Shown here one piece after another: positions 46,231 through 54,578 of a DNA stretch of 55,478 nucleotides. The notes below the pieces were generated by a model. That model worked only from the letters and a program-made list of their open reading frames with translations. It ran no database searches and was not told the origin of the DNA. Position 1 is the stretch's first letter, and each line of letters begins with the position of its first letter. Source of the DNA: Thermoplasmata archaeon (lineage in GTDB: Archaea; Thermoplasmatota; Thermoplasmata; Thermoplasmatales; GCA-001856825); NCBI GenBank assembly GCA_021787125.1, contig JAJYMI010000007.1, positions 1 to 55,478 of the forward strand. The letters run 5' to 3'. Both the position numbers and the translations under genes were made by a program.

Positions 46231-47466
46231 CTATCCCGACTTGTAGCTCAGGAATTCTTTTCCTAGCAGTTCCCTTGCAATTATCAGCTTCATTATGTTG
46301 ATGCCTCCCTCCGCACCTACATAGTACGACATGACGCCACCCTGTGCAGCTCCAAGAGGAAGATCCTTAGTGTATGCCATCGCGCCGTGCCATACCATTA
46401 CCTTGGTGATTATCTCGTGGGCAGTCGGCGGTCCGGTCATTTTGGCAAGAGAGACTGCCAAATTCTGTTCCGACATAGGCACTCTTTCCTTATTCTTGTA
46501 GACCCTGTCGAGTGTCCAAGCGGCCTTCTGTGTCAGGAGTCTGGAAGACTCGAGCTTCGCATATAGTTCCGCGAGCTCAAACTGGAGTCCCTCCTGCTTT
46601 CCCAGGGGTTGATCGAACAGCATCCTGCTGCGGAGGTGTTCGCGTCCCATATCTATGGTCTCAAGGGCCGCTCCGTTGCAGGCAGCGGCTACGTATATTC
46701 TCGCAATGTTGAATCCCTCCATGATTATGTGGAATCCCTGTCCAACCTCTCCCACCCTGAACTTGTCATCTAGATCGAGATCGTTGAAGGAAAATCCGCC
46801 GGTTGAGAGCCCTTCTCTTGCTATGTTGTTGAACACCGTTGTGGATATCTCATCTCTGAGCTTCCCATCTGTGCCCTTTATCATGAACGCAAACGAGGTG
46901 AACGCCTTTGAGGCAAGACTCTTATCTCCTGTCCTGAGAAGGGTGAGGAATCCGCCCCCTCCCGGGAGGTTTAGTGCCTCTCTCACACCGCTTATGTAGA
47001 CTTTCTCTCCAGAGACGGTCCATCCTTTTCCCTTTCTTACCGCTTTCGACTTTTCGTTCATGACATCCGATCCACCAGATGGTTCCGTGGATCCGATTCC
47101 GAGGAAGGTTCTCCCCTTTATTATGGATGGCAGTATCTCCTGCTTTGCTTCTTCTGTCCCATATTTTTCCAGCATTGCGGGCCAGCCATTGAGGAGCAAA
47201 ACGTAGACGGGAAGAGCCATCGATACGTCTCCTCTGGCAAGTTCCTCTACTATCGCAGCCATTTGAGAGATTGAACCGCCCGCACCACCGTACTTTTCTG
47301 ATACTGTGAATCCTATATAACCTGCATCTGCTGCTTTCTGGATGATCTCATCCGGAATCTTGTTTGAATAAGAAATCTTGTCCCTCTTTGGCGTTACGTA
47401 CTTTTGGACGAACTCTCTTGCATTTTCCCTGATGAGTTTGTCTTCTTCTGTGATGCCAAAATCCAT
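46231..47466 (-). CDS. Acyl-CoA dehydrogenase
   Basis: 411 aa with STEPSGGSD and the general ACAD layout. Confidence 0.88.
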   Translation of the reverse strand: MDFGITEEDKLIRENAREFVQKYVTPKRDKISYSNKIPDEIIQKAADAGYIGFTVSEKYGGAGGSISQMAAIVEELARGDVSMALPVYVLLLNGWPAMLEKYGTEEAKQEILPSIIKGRTFLGIGSTEPSGGSDVMNEKSKAVRKGKGWTVSGEKVYISGVREALNLPGGGGFLTLLRTGDKSLASKAFTSFAFMIKGTDGKLRDEISTTVFNNIAREGLSTGGFSFNDLDLDDKFRVGEVGQGFHIIMEGFNIARIYVAAACNGAALETIDMGREHLRSRMLFDQPLGKQEGLQFELAELYAKLESSRLLTQKAAWTLDRVYKNKERVPMSEQNLAVSLAKMTGPPTAHEIITKVMVWHGAMAYTKDLPLGAAQGGVMSYYVGAEGGINIMKLIIARELLGKEFLSYKSG

Positions 47467-47689
47467 TGTAATCTTGCAGTAATCGTATTTGAATATTTTA
47501 ACTCTGAACCCAACAGTTTTAGTTTAACTGTATTTTCCCAGTTTTAGTTCTAAAACAGGAAAAAATGAAAAGTCCCACCGGGCCCATCTTTTAGATCCTG
47601 GGAGGAATAAAATCGAAGTCGAGTTCATTGCTTGATTCGGTGGGATTAGTTAACGCAGTACGTCCTTCCTGAGTTCCTTGGTGTTCAGC

Positions 47690-48376
47690 TCACTGAGCTG
47701 TCAGGATCCCGGCCATCCATCCTGAGGTGTTCATCGCGCCTTCCCATCCTGAACTACCTGAACCACAGGCCACTTCGCACTGCCAGGAGTAGGTTCCTGG
47801 AGCTAGAGTAAAAGAAGCCTGAATTACACTCGACTCCACTATAGGTAGATTCAGAACTTCCGTCCCATTGCTGAATACAGTGAAAGTGTGCGCGACAACA
47901 CTTGCATTTACGGAGGTAACTTGTACGCTACCGTTGACTGCTATCTGGCCGGTCCCATTTGTTGAGTTTATGTTGGTATTATTGTATATTGTTTCCTTTC
48001 CGTTGAGCGTTCCTGTTACATTAGCGAATATTGGAGGCAAGGAGCCGTTTCCACCGTCGTAGTTGATTATCGTCAGGTCTATCTCTCTGTTGGCCGGAAT
48101 TGAAATGTTGGCCGAAGACTTCAGAGTCCCATTACTGAGGACGAAGAATGCTGGCTGATCGCCAACGGTACTGTTGTAGACATTGTTCGTTGTAATTACC
48201 ATGACGAGAGAGTATGCAGAAGCGCTACCAGTTGGGGTTGTTGTGCTTCCGTGTGTTTGTTCAAACGGAGCCTGAGTCATGAAATATCCAGCAAACAGTC
48301 CAGTTCCCGCTCCAACAGCGACTATTGCTATGACTATCGCAACCACGATAGCATTCGAACTTGATTGATTAAACAT
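47690..48376 (-). CDS. Membrane-anchored cupredoxin-fold glycoprotein with CuA-like CxxxCG motif lacking the second His
   Basis: N-terminal TM helix, Thr/Ser linker, many sequons. The C-terminus is VAHTFTV...PGTYSWQCEVACGSGSSGWEGAM. Confidence 0.6.
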   Translation of the reverse strand: MFNQSSSNAIVVAIVIAIVAVGAGTGLFAGYFMTQAPFEQTHGSTTTPTGSASAYSLVMVITTNNVYNSTVGDQPAFFVLSNGTLKSSANISIPANREIDLTIINYDGGNGSLPPIFANVTGTLNGKETIYNNTNINSTNGTGQIAVNGSVQVTSVNASVVAHTFTVFSNGTEVLNLPIVESSVIQASFTLAPGTYSWQCEVACGSGSSGWEGAMNTSGWMAGILTAQ

Positions 48377-48421
48377 TTTTAATCTCTATTAAAGAATTGT
48401 ATCGGGGGATATCTTGTATCG

Positions 48422-48450
48422 TGCACATGAATGTGCATTTATGCGCATTT
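48422..48450. promoter_or_regulatory. Inverted repeat TGCACAT-GA-ATGTGCA overlapping tandem 10-mers ATGTGCATTT/ATGCGCATTT
   Basis: Located 46-74 nt upstream of the cupredoxin-like gene start. Confidence 0.25.
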
Positions 48451-48616
48451 AATTTATTAGGAACGATTAAAGAAATTATCTAATTTCTGATGATTGCTTG
48501 AGGGTTGGGTATACATCAGGTCCCTGACTATAACACGAAGTTGGCTTTCCAACCAAAATGCACGTTGTATAGAAAATTCGAAAGAAGTTAAATTCAGCAG
48601 AAACATCTGCCAAAAG

Positions 48617-48701
48617 GCGGGGGTTGCCGAGCTAGGTTAAAGGTACCAGACTTAAGATCTGGTTCCGTAGGGATTCGGGGGTTCAAATCCCCTCCCCCGC
48701 A
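48617..48701 (+). tRNA. tRNA-Leu (UAA)
   Basis: GCGGGGG acceptor, CCAGA-CTTAAGA-TCTGG anticodon arm, long variable arm, GGGGG-TTCAAAT-CCCCT T arm, CCCCCGC-A. Confidence 0.92.
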
Positions 48702-48915
48702 CTTGGTGCTAATATTCCCATAAATAATATTGATAGGGTATGTGATCTTGAATGACGCCAAGTCCTAGAATCGCCTTAAGGAACAGATCAAATTTCTATT
48801 AGGATAACGCTAATCCCACAGTTCAGATTAATCCCTTGAAAAACCATCAGATCGCGCAACTACCAAATATCAAGGCATTAGGGGCTGTCAGGCTTACCGG
48901 ATAAAGAGATCAATT

Positions 48916-50355
48916 CTAATCAAATTTATTTGTGAATACAGACACCATCACTCCCACGACTGAAAGAATTATCAGAATTATTATGGTCTCGTGAAAAGCT
49001 AGAATTCCAGCTTTTGAAGCACTGAATATCTTCTGGGATGATGCGTAGTACTTCTCTCTTGATTCAAAGAATGATGCCAGGAGGGAAATTCCAAATGCTC
49101 CGCTTATCCGTTCGGCGACGTTGAAGAGGGTGTTTCCGTCCGGAACATCGGAAGGAGATAGTCCACTCAGAATTTGATACAACAATGGCTGTATTGTAAG
49201 TCCAAGAGCAATCCCTCTTCCGCAGAGGATAGCAGATAAGAGAAGAGATGAGGATGACGCAGTGAGAAAGGCAAGGGGAACAGTTGATGCGGTTAACACG
49301 ATCATTCCAATTCTCACAATTGACTGTTTATTTCCTCTTCGTGACCAATATTCTCCGATTATAGTTCCAAATCCAGTTGTGATACCTTGGGGTAGAAGAA
49401 TGAGTCCGGCTTCAAGCGGAGATAAACCATCAACCAGTTCTACAAAGACTGGAATGAGGAAAATAGCAGAAAAAAGGACCACGTTAGCTAGTATGCTTAC
49501 CGTCAGAGATGTAGCTCTCTTTGAATTTCTGATAATCCTCAAGTTCACTGACGGATTTCCTTTAATCTTAGCCCAGAAATAATAAACGACCATCAGAACA
49601 GTGCCTATCAGTAGGGGCAAAACGGTATCGATTGAACTCCATCCTACAGAAGTCCCCCGAGAAGAGCCATAGAGCATCGCAGCGATTCCTATCCCAAATA
49701 TTGTCGAACCAACAAAGTCAAATTTTCCAACGATTCTGGTAGTCTTCTTGATGAATTCTTTACTCCTTGCAATAATAGTAACAGCTACAACACCTACTGG
49801 AACATTGATCAAAAATATCGATGGCCATCCGAAAATCTGTATCAAAGCTCCTCCAAGAGTTGGTCCAATTGCCGGCGCCAAAAAGAGGACAATTCCAATT
49901 AGAGGTGAGATGAGTTCTCTTCCCTTGCTCTCGCCGAACAGCAAATCCATTGCTAAAGGAACCATCAGTGATCCGAACGCTCCCTGAGCAATTCTGGCGC
50001 CTATGAGAAAGCTTATGGAAGGCGAAAAGGCACATACAAGAGAGAAGACTGTAAATCCTCCTAAGCTGACTGAATAGGGTCTTATGGGACCATACTTCTT
50101 TGAAACATATGGACTTATAACTAGAAAGGCTCCAAGTGAAAGTAGATAGGCGCTCGCGACCCACTGTGCTTCTGATAAGGGGGCGTTGAAACTCTTGTCG
50201 ATAACAGGAATAGCAATGTTGACGACACTAGAATCGATCATGGCCATGAAGGGTCCTACTATCAGAGCGAATTGCATTAATGGTCGAAGTCTCTTGTTCG
50301 AGCCCTTGTCTTCTGCCGCCAGTTCGTACTGATTGGACTCCAGTGTTGCTACCAC
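48916..50355 (-). CDS. MFS transporter (DHA2/EmrB-like, about 14 TM)
   Basis: 479-aa polytopic ORF with MFS motif-like GARIAQGAFGS and a typical drug:H+ antiporter layout. Confidence 0.85.
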   Translation of the reverse strand: MVATLESNQYELAAEDKGSNKRLRPLMQFALIVGPFMAMIDSSVVNIAIPVIDKSFNAPLSEAQWVASAYLLSLGAFLVISPYVSKKYGPIRPYSVSLGGFTVFSLVCAFSPSISFLIGARIAQGAFGSLMVPLAMDLLFGESKGRELISPLIGIVLFLAPAIGPTLGGALIQIFGWPSIFLINVPVGVVAVTIIARSKEFIKKTTRIVGKFDFVGSTIFGIGIAAMLYGSSRGTSVGWSSIDTVLPLLIGTVLMVVYYFWAKIKGNPSVNLRIIRNSKRATSLTVSILANVVLFSAIFLIPVFVELVDGLSPLEAGLILLPQGITTGFGTIIGEYWSRRGNKQSIVRIGMIVLTASTVPLAFLTASSSSLLLSAILCGRGIALGLTIQPLLYQILSGLSPSDVPDGNTLFNVAERISGAFGISLLASFFESREKYYASSQKIFSASKAGILAFHETIIILIILSVVGVMVSVFTNKFD

Positions 50356-50415
50356 ATTAGTGAATTTGGTATGGTTTCAAAATTCTTATACCCAACATGT
50401 GGGTAATCATCAAGT

Positions 50416-51132
50416 ATGAATGAAGGAAAAAGTAGTATGAGGCAGATTACGGTGGAGATTCCGGTGACGGCCCAATCAAGAACTTCATCCTTCATAAGGG
50501 CACTCGAAACAATTGAGATAATTGAAGTACTCGAGTTCCGCAGCGGTGGAATCTCGCTATTGTGCTCAGGCACAGCAGATCAGTTGAACGTGCTGAAGAG
50601 TGCATTCAATAGCAGCGAGGAATCAGCAAATCTAAACATTTTGAATGTTAAAAATGACGGATCGGTTGTTGCACTAGTCAAAGGTGTCTGGACCGGGAGA
50701 TCAAATGGAATTTCTGATCCCAAACACGAAGAGGAAATGGAATTCTTTAGATCGATGGAGAATTCCCATATGTATACGGTAGGAAAACTCACATTTGAGC
50801 ACGGAGTTCTAAAGACTACTGTTCTGGGGGAAAGAGAAACTATCGCACGACTCTTGGAGGGATTGAGGGAACACAATATAAAATTCAGAGTGAAAAGAAT
50901 TGGTCCGCCAGAAGGAAAAGAAAGACTGATGCTATCTTCTCTTTCTCAGAAACAACAGAGGGTGCTGAGATTAGCACACGAATTGGGCTATTATGAGATT
51001 CCTAGAAAAATAAGAACGCAGGAATTGGCTAATATTGTCGGTATCGACAAGGGAACACTAGGGGATCATCTTAGACGAGCTGAAAAGCACATTATGGACG
51101 AAGTCATGAAAGATCAGAAGGAGATCCCTTAG
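50416..51132 (+). CDS. HTH_10 (Bat-like) DNA-binding protein
   Basis: The C-terminal LSQKQQRVLRLAHELGYYEIPRKIRTQELANIVGIDKGTLGDHLRRAEKHIM is the characteristic archaeal HTH-10 motif. It is divergent from the MFS gene. Confidence 0.75.
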   Translation: MNEGKSSMRQITVEIPVTAQSRTSSFIRALETIEIIEVLEFRSGGISLLCSGTADQLNVLKSAFNSSEESANLNILNVKNDGSVVALVKGVWTGRSNGISDPKHEEEMEFFRSMENSHMYTVGKLTFEHGVLKTTVLGERETIARLLEGLREHNIKFRVKRIGPPEGKERLMLSSLSQKQQRVLRLAHELGYYEIPRKIRTQELANIVGIDKGTLGDHLRRAEKHIMDEVMKDQKEIP

Positions 51133-51327
51133 ATACTCAAAATAAATGAAGAGTGCCTCCATAGCAAAGAAGAGAGTAGTTAGTATCAACAGCCTCTTCT
51201 CACCCGTTTTCCTCATGTTCTTTTGACTCGTTGAGTGAAAGTTACTTGTTTATCAATTTCCCCGATCTTCCGATTACTCCTTACGTCTTTGTCTGAAACT
51301 GAAATCGACTATGCAGCAAAGAACAGG

Positions 51328-51825
51328 CTATGCTTTTTCAAAGTACTCCGGCATTGATTTCTCAAGCTCTCTGTTTCTGTACAATCCTGCTGTGCCTCCA
51401 CAGGAGATCATCAGTCTGTTCCAGCTGTTTATGATGTTGACTGCCATTATCAGTGCAACGTATTGGTGATCGTTGAATTCCCCTCTTACGCGATCGTACA
51501 GCTCGTCCGGAATTCCATTCTTAGATACTTGAGTCAGAGATTCTGTGAACTCTAACGCAGCCCTCTCACGGGAAGAAAAAAATGGAGATTCCCTCCAGAT
51601 CGATACGCAATTTATCTTCTGCACCGATTCACCATCGGCAATGGCGTCCTGTGTGTGCATGTCGGTACAGTACGCACAACCGTTGATCTGCGAGGCTCTC
51701 AGGTAAATGATGTTAAGAAGAGAATTTTCAAGTCCTGTTTTCTTTACGTATTCAATCATCTTGTAAATTCCTTTATCGGACTCTGGTTCCACTTCATCAT
51801 AGTTAATTCTCATGATCTCTCCCAT
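51328..51825 (-). CDS. Carboxymuconolactone decarboxylase/AhpD-like family protein
   Basis: CAYCTDMH CxxC motif. The ORF extends to 51900, but the first 25 codons look non-native, so the likely start is MGEIM at 51825 or 51813. Confidence 0.8.
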   Translation of the reverse strand: MGEIMRINYDEVEPESDKGIYKMIEYVKKTGLENSLLNIIYLRASQINGCAYCTDMHTQDAIADGESVQKINCVSIWRESPFFSSRERAALEFTESLTQVSKNGIPDELYDRVRGEFNDHQYVALIMAVNIINSWNRLMISCGGTAGLYRNRELEKSMPEYFEKA

Positions 51826-52032
51826 TCCCTGACGAACCAAAATAATGCATCGGATATGACGAACTCGTTTATCACTTAAATATATGCTCGCAGTGAACAC
51901 TACTTGAGAGTGGAATCCTCAGAGACATGGGAAAAACGATTCGAAACTCTGTTCCTGAGTTCTTCAGAGGACGGGTTTCAGACAAGAACTTCATACATCA
52001 AGTTTATCTGCGAGATTTCTCTGTAAATCTCG

Positions 52033-52641
52033 ATGGAAGATTTTGAGATAGTTGAACATGTACCAGACAAATCAGGAAAAGGGTTCCTGATCGCTGCGAT
52101 AGACTTCAAGGATCCTAAGTTTGTGAGAATATCCTCCAACGAGGAGCCTAAGGCCTACACAAAGGTGCAAGTTGAAGGTGACAAGGCATACTACGAAAAG
52201 AAAGAGATAGGCAAGGTAATCGAGAGAAGAGATGCAAATCAGGTCAGGGTCAGCACGAAGTACGACATAAAGTACACGGGCGGATACTCCCTTGATGGAA
52301 AGACTGTTTATTTGGATGAGCACTTCCCCAAGACACTAAGAGTGGAGGGAAAAGATATCAGCACAGAAGAGAGCATAGGTCTTCACCACGAGCTTCCTGA
52401 GAAATGGCTGTCTGATATTGGCTACGAATATCCTCATGCACACGAGATCGCCACCGGAATAGAGAAGAAGTATGTGGAATATCAGGGAGTGACATGGAAG
52501 GGGTACTGCACGGAAGTCGACAAGAATCTCAGACTGGTTTATAGGAATAAGCTTGAGAAGTCTCCCCCATCCCTGGATCTTGCCCCTTATCTATACTGCA
52601 GAGACAGGGAAGCGCTCAAGGAGATCAGGGAGAGCAAATAG
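52033..52641 (+). CDS. Hypothetical protein (orphan)
   Basis: 202-aa charged soluble ORF with His clusters (GLHHELPEKW, YPHAHEIATG). No family recognised. Confidence 0.55.
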   Translation: MEDFEIVEHVPDKSGKGFLIAAIDFKDPKFVRISSNEEPKAYTKVQVEGDKAYYEKKEIGKVIERRDANQVRVSTKYDIKYTGGYSLDGKTVYLDEHFPKTLRVEGKDISTEESIGLHHELPEKWLSDIGYEYPHAHEIATGIEKKYVEYQGVTWKGYCTEVDKNLRLVYRNKLEKSPPSLDLAPYLYCRDREALKEIRESK

Positions 52642-52786
52642 AGTCTCAAGCGCGTTCTTAGTTTACCGTGCCTAATCCAGACAAGAGTTAAATAGACACC
52701 TTTGTATCGAGAGTTGAAGACAAATGACTCGCTCGGTCAAAAGGCTGTCTTTTTTACTTCTACTGATCTCTTTTTTTATAGTGACA

Positions 52787-52930
52787 CTAGGAGTCTGGTA
52801 TATGACTGGCCTCTCGGTCAAGTATTTTGCACTCGCCACAAAGGATCACTTTCTTGCATTCTTCAAGTACGTAATCAACTTCTTCGACTTCTTCTGAGCG
52901 GACTACTGGATCGCAATTTTCTAAAGTCAT
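52787..52930 (-). CDS. Candidate 47-aa Cys-containing small protein
   Basis: My translation of the minus strand is MTLENCDPVVRSEEVEEVDYVLEECKKVILCGECKILDREASHIPDS. It is below the ORF-track cutoff and divergent from the arsA-like gene. Confidence 0.3.
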   Translation of the reverse strand: MTLENCDPVVRSEEVEEVDYVLEECKKVILCGECKILDREASHIPDS

Positions 52931-53007
52931 GTAGCTGATGGCCAGCTGAAATGGATCGCTTGAACTCTCATTAGAAGATTAAATTTAGTTAGACGCAATT
53001 CCCTGTC

Positions 53008-54171
53008 ATGGGACAGAGAATCCTTCTATATACTGGAAAAGGTGGAGTAGGGAAGACTAGCATTGCGGCATCTACAGCGTGTTCTCTGGCCAAGATGAAA
53101 AGAAAGACCTTGGTTATATCGACCGATCCTGCCCACAGTCTCGGGGATGCCTTCGGTATCGACATAGGACCAAAACCAAAGAAGATGACAGAAAACCTCT
53201 ATGCTCAGGAAGTCAGCGTAAACGAGGCCATCAATACTCACTGGAATGAACTGAAGGGCTATCTTACGGGACTGTTTCAGACTGAGGGCCTTGACCCTAT
53301 ATCCGCAGAAGAAATAGCCACACTTCCTGGTTTTGATGAAGCATCACAGCTCCTCTACTTGCGACAATATTATGATGAGAAGACCTACGATGCGGTCGTC
53401 ATCGACAGCGCCCCAACCGGGGAATCACTGAAGTTGCTTTCCTTTCCGGAGGCTATGACGTGGTATATGGATAAGATTTTCCCGATGGGAAGATTGGCTG
53501 CGCGACTGGTGCGTCCCGTTTGGAACACAGTGTCCAGCATGTCAATACCCGACGACGAGGTGTTCAAGAGCGTAGAGAGCCTCTACGAATACCTGAAGAG
53601 GATCAGATCAATCCTTTCAGATCCAAAGATCTCAACGATAAGGCTGGTAATGAACCCCGACAAGATGTCACTCAGTGAAACGAAGAGAGCGTTCACCTAT
53701 CTCCTCCTGTACGGCTACCCCGTTGACTCGGTCTTCGTGAACAAGATATACGACGAGAGCACAGGATCTTTCTTCAAGGGTTGGAGATCCAACCAGGGAG
53801 AAATAATCAAGGATGTAAGCGACTCTTTCACCGATCTGAGGATATTCAAGGTACCGATGCTGAAGGAGGAGCCCATCGGTATCGAGAAGCTGCAGAAGAT
53901 GTCCGATTTAATCTACTCCGATTCCGACCCGCTCGACACGTTTTCGAAAGAGAAGAGCATTCAGTTCCTGAAGGAGAATGAGAAATACATTGTCAGACTC
54001 AAACTCCCATTTGCAGACAAGGAGAAACTCGAGGTATTCAATAAGGGAGGCGAACTTATAGTACAGCTGGGAAACTGGAAGAGGGTCTTCTACCTTCCAA
54101 CTGTTTACTCCGATAAGAACCCTGTGAAAGCAGAATTTAATAACGGAGTTCTTGATATAGAGATGAAGTGA
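53008..54171 (+). CDS. ArsA/Get3-family ATPase fused to C-terminal HSP20-like domain
   Basis: Deviant Walker A GKGGVGKTS, STDPAHSLGDAFG and DSAPTGESL motifs. The C-terminal ~90 aa (IVRLKLPFADKEKLEVFNKGGELIVQLGNWKRVFYLP...GVLDIEM) are alpha-crystallin-like. Confidence 0.85.
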   Translation: MGQRILLYTGKGGVGKTSIAASTACSLAKMKRKTLVISTDPAHSLGDAFGIDIGPKPKKMTENLYAQEVSVNEAINTHWNELKGYLTGLFQTEGLDPISAEEIATLPGFDEASQLLYLRQYYDEKTYDAVVIDSAPTGESLKLLSFPEAMTWYMDKIFPMGRLAARLVRPVWNTVSSMSIPDDEVFKSVESLYEYLKRIRSILSDPKISTIRLVMNPDKMSLSETKRAFTYLLLYGYPVDSVFVNKIYDESTGSFFKGWRSNQGEIIKDVSDSFTDLRIFKVPMLKEEPIGIEKLQKMSDLIYSDSDPLDTFSKEKSIQFLKENEKYIVRLKLPFADKEKLEVFNKGGELIVQLGNWKRVFYLPTVYSDKNPVKAEFNNGVLDIEMK

Positions 54172-54172
54172 A

Positions 54173-54361
54173 ATGGCAGAAGAAGAGAAGGAAGATAAGA
54201 TAACAATTGAGATCAAGATTACCGTCCCCTCGATGAGCCACGGCGTGGGAAGCGCTCTCAATCACTTCCTCAAAGCATCCGAAGAGATAATGAAAGCTGG
54301 TAAATCGGTAATGATAAAACCAGAAGTCAAGTCGAAGATAAGGAAAGTAGAGATCAAATAG
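54173..54361 (+). CDS. Small charged protein coupled to the ArsA-like gene
   Basis: 62-aa ORF starting 1 nt after the arsA-like stop (TGAAATG). Confidence 0.45.
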   Translation: MAEEEKEDKITIEIKITVPSMSHGVGSALNHFLKASEEIMKAGKSVMIKPEVKSKIRKVEIK

Positions 54362-54578
54362 TTGCGAGTAAAAACTAGAGGAGAGCCCCATCAAGTGCCA
54401 CCGGAAAATCTTAGGTAGAAGACTCCGGGTCAGGATTTATTTCGGTTAAAAACCTGCCGACGAGATATCCTAATTTTGTCCTCACATCCTTAGATAATCT
54501 TAAGAACATTAGGTATTCTTTAAATTATGAAACACTAAAAATATTAATCATTAAATATAGTCGGTATATCTATAAGAA

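Noticed and set aside
51826-51900. 25-codon N-terminal extension of the AhpD/CMD-like ORF
   Set aside because: The extension (MFTASIYLSDKRVRHIRCIILVRQG) does not resemble the family N-terminus. Internal Met codons at 51825 and 51813 are more plausible starts.
52702-52938. 78-aa plus-strand ORF in the gap before the arsA-like gene
   Set aside because: The translation is Leu/Ser/Phe-rich with no motif. The opposite strand gives a more protein-like 47-aa acidic, Cys-containing ORF.
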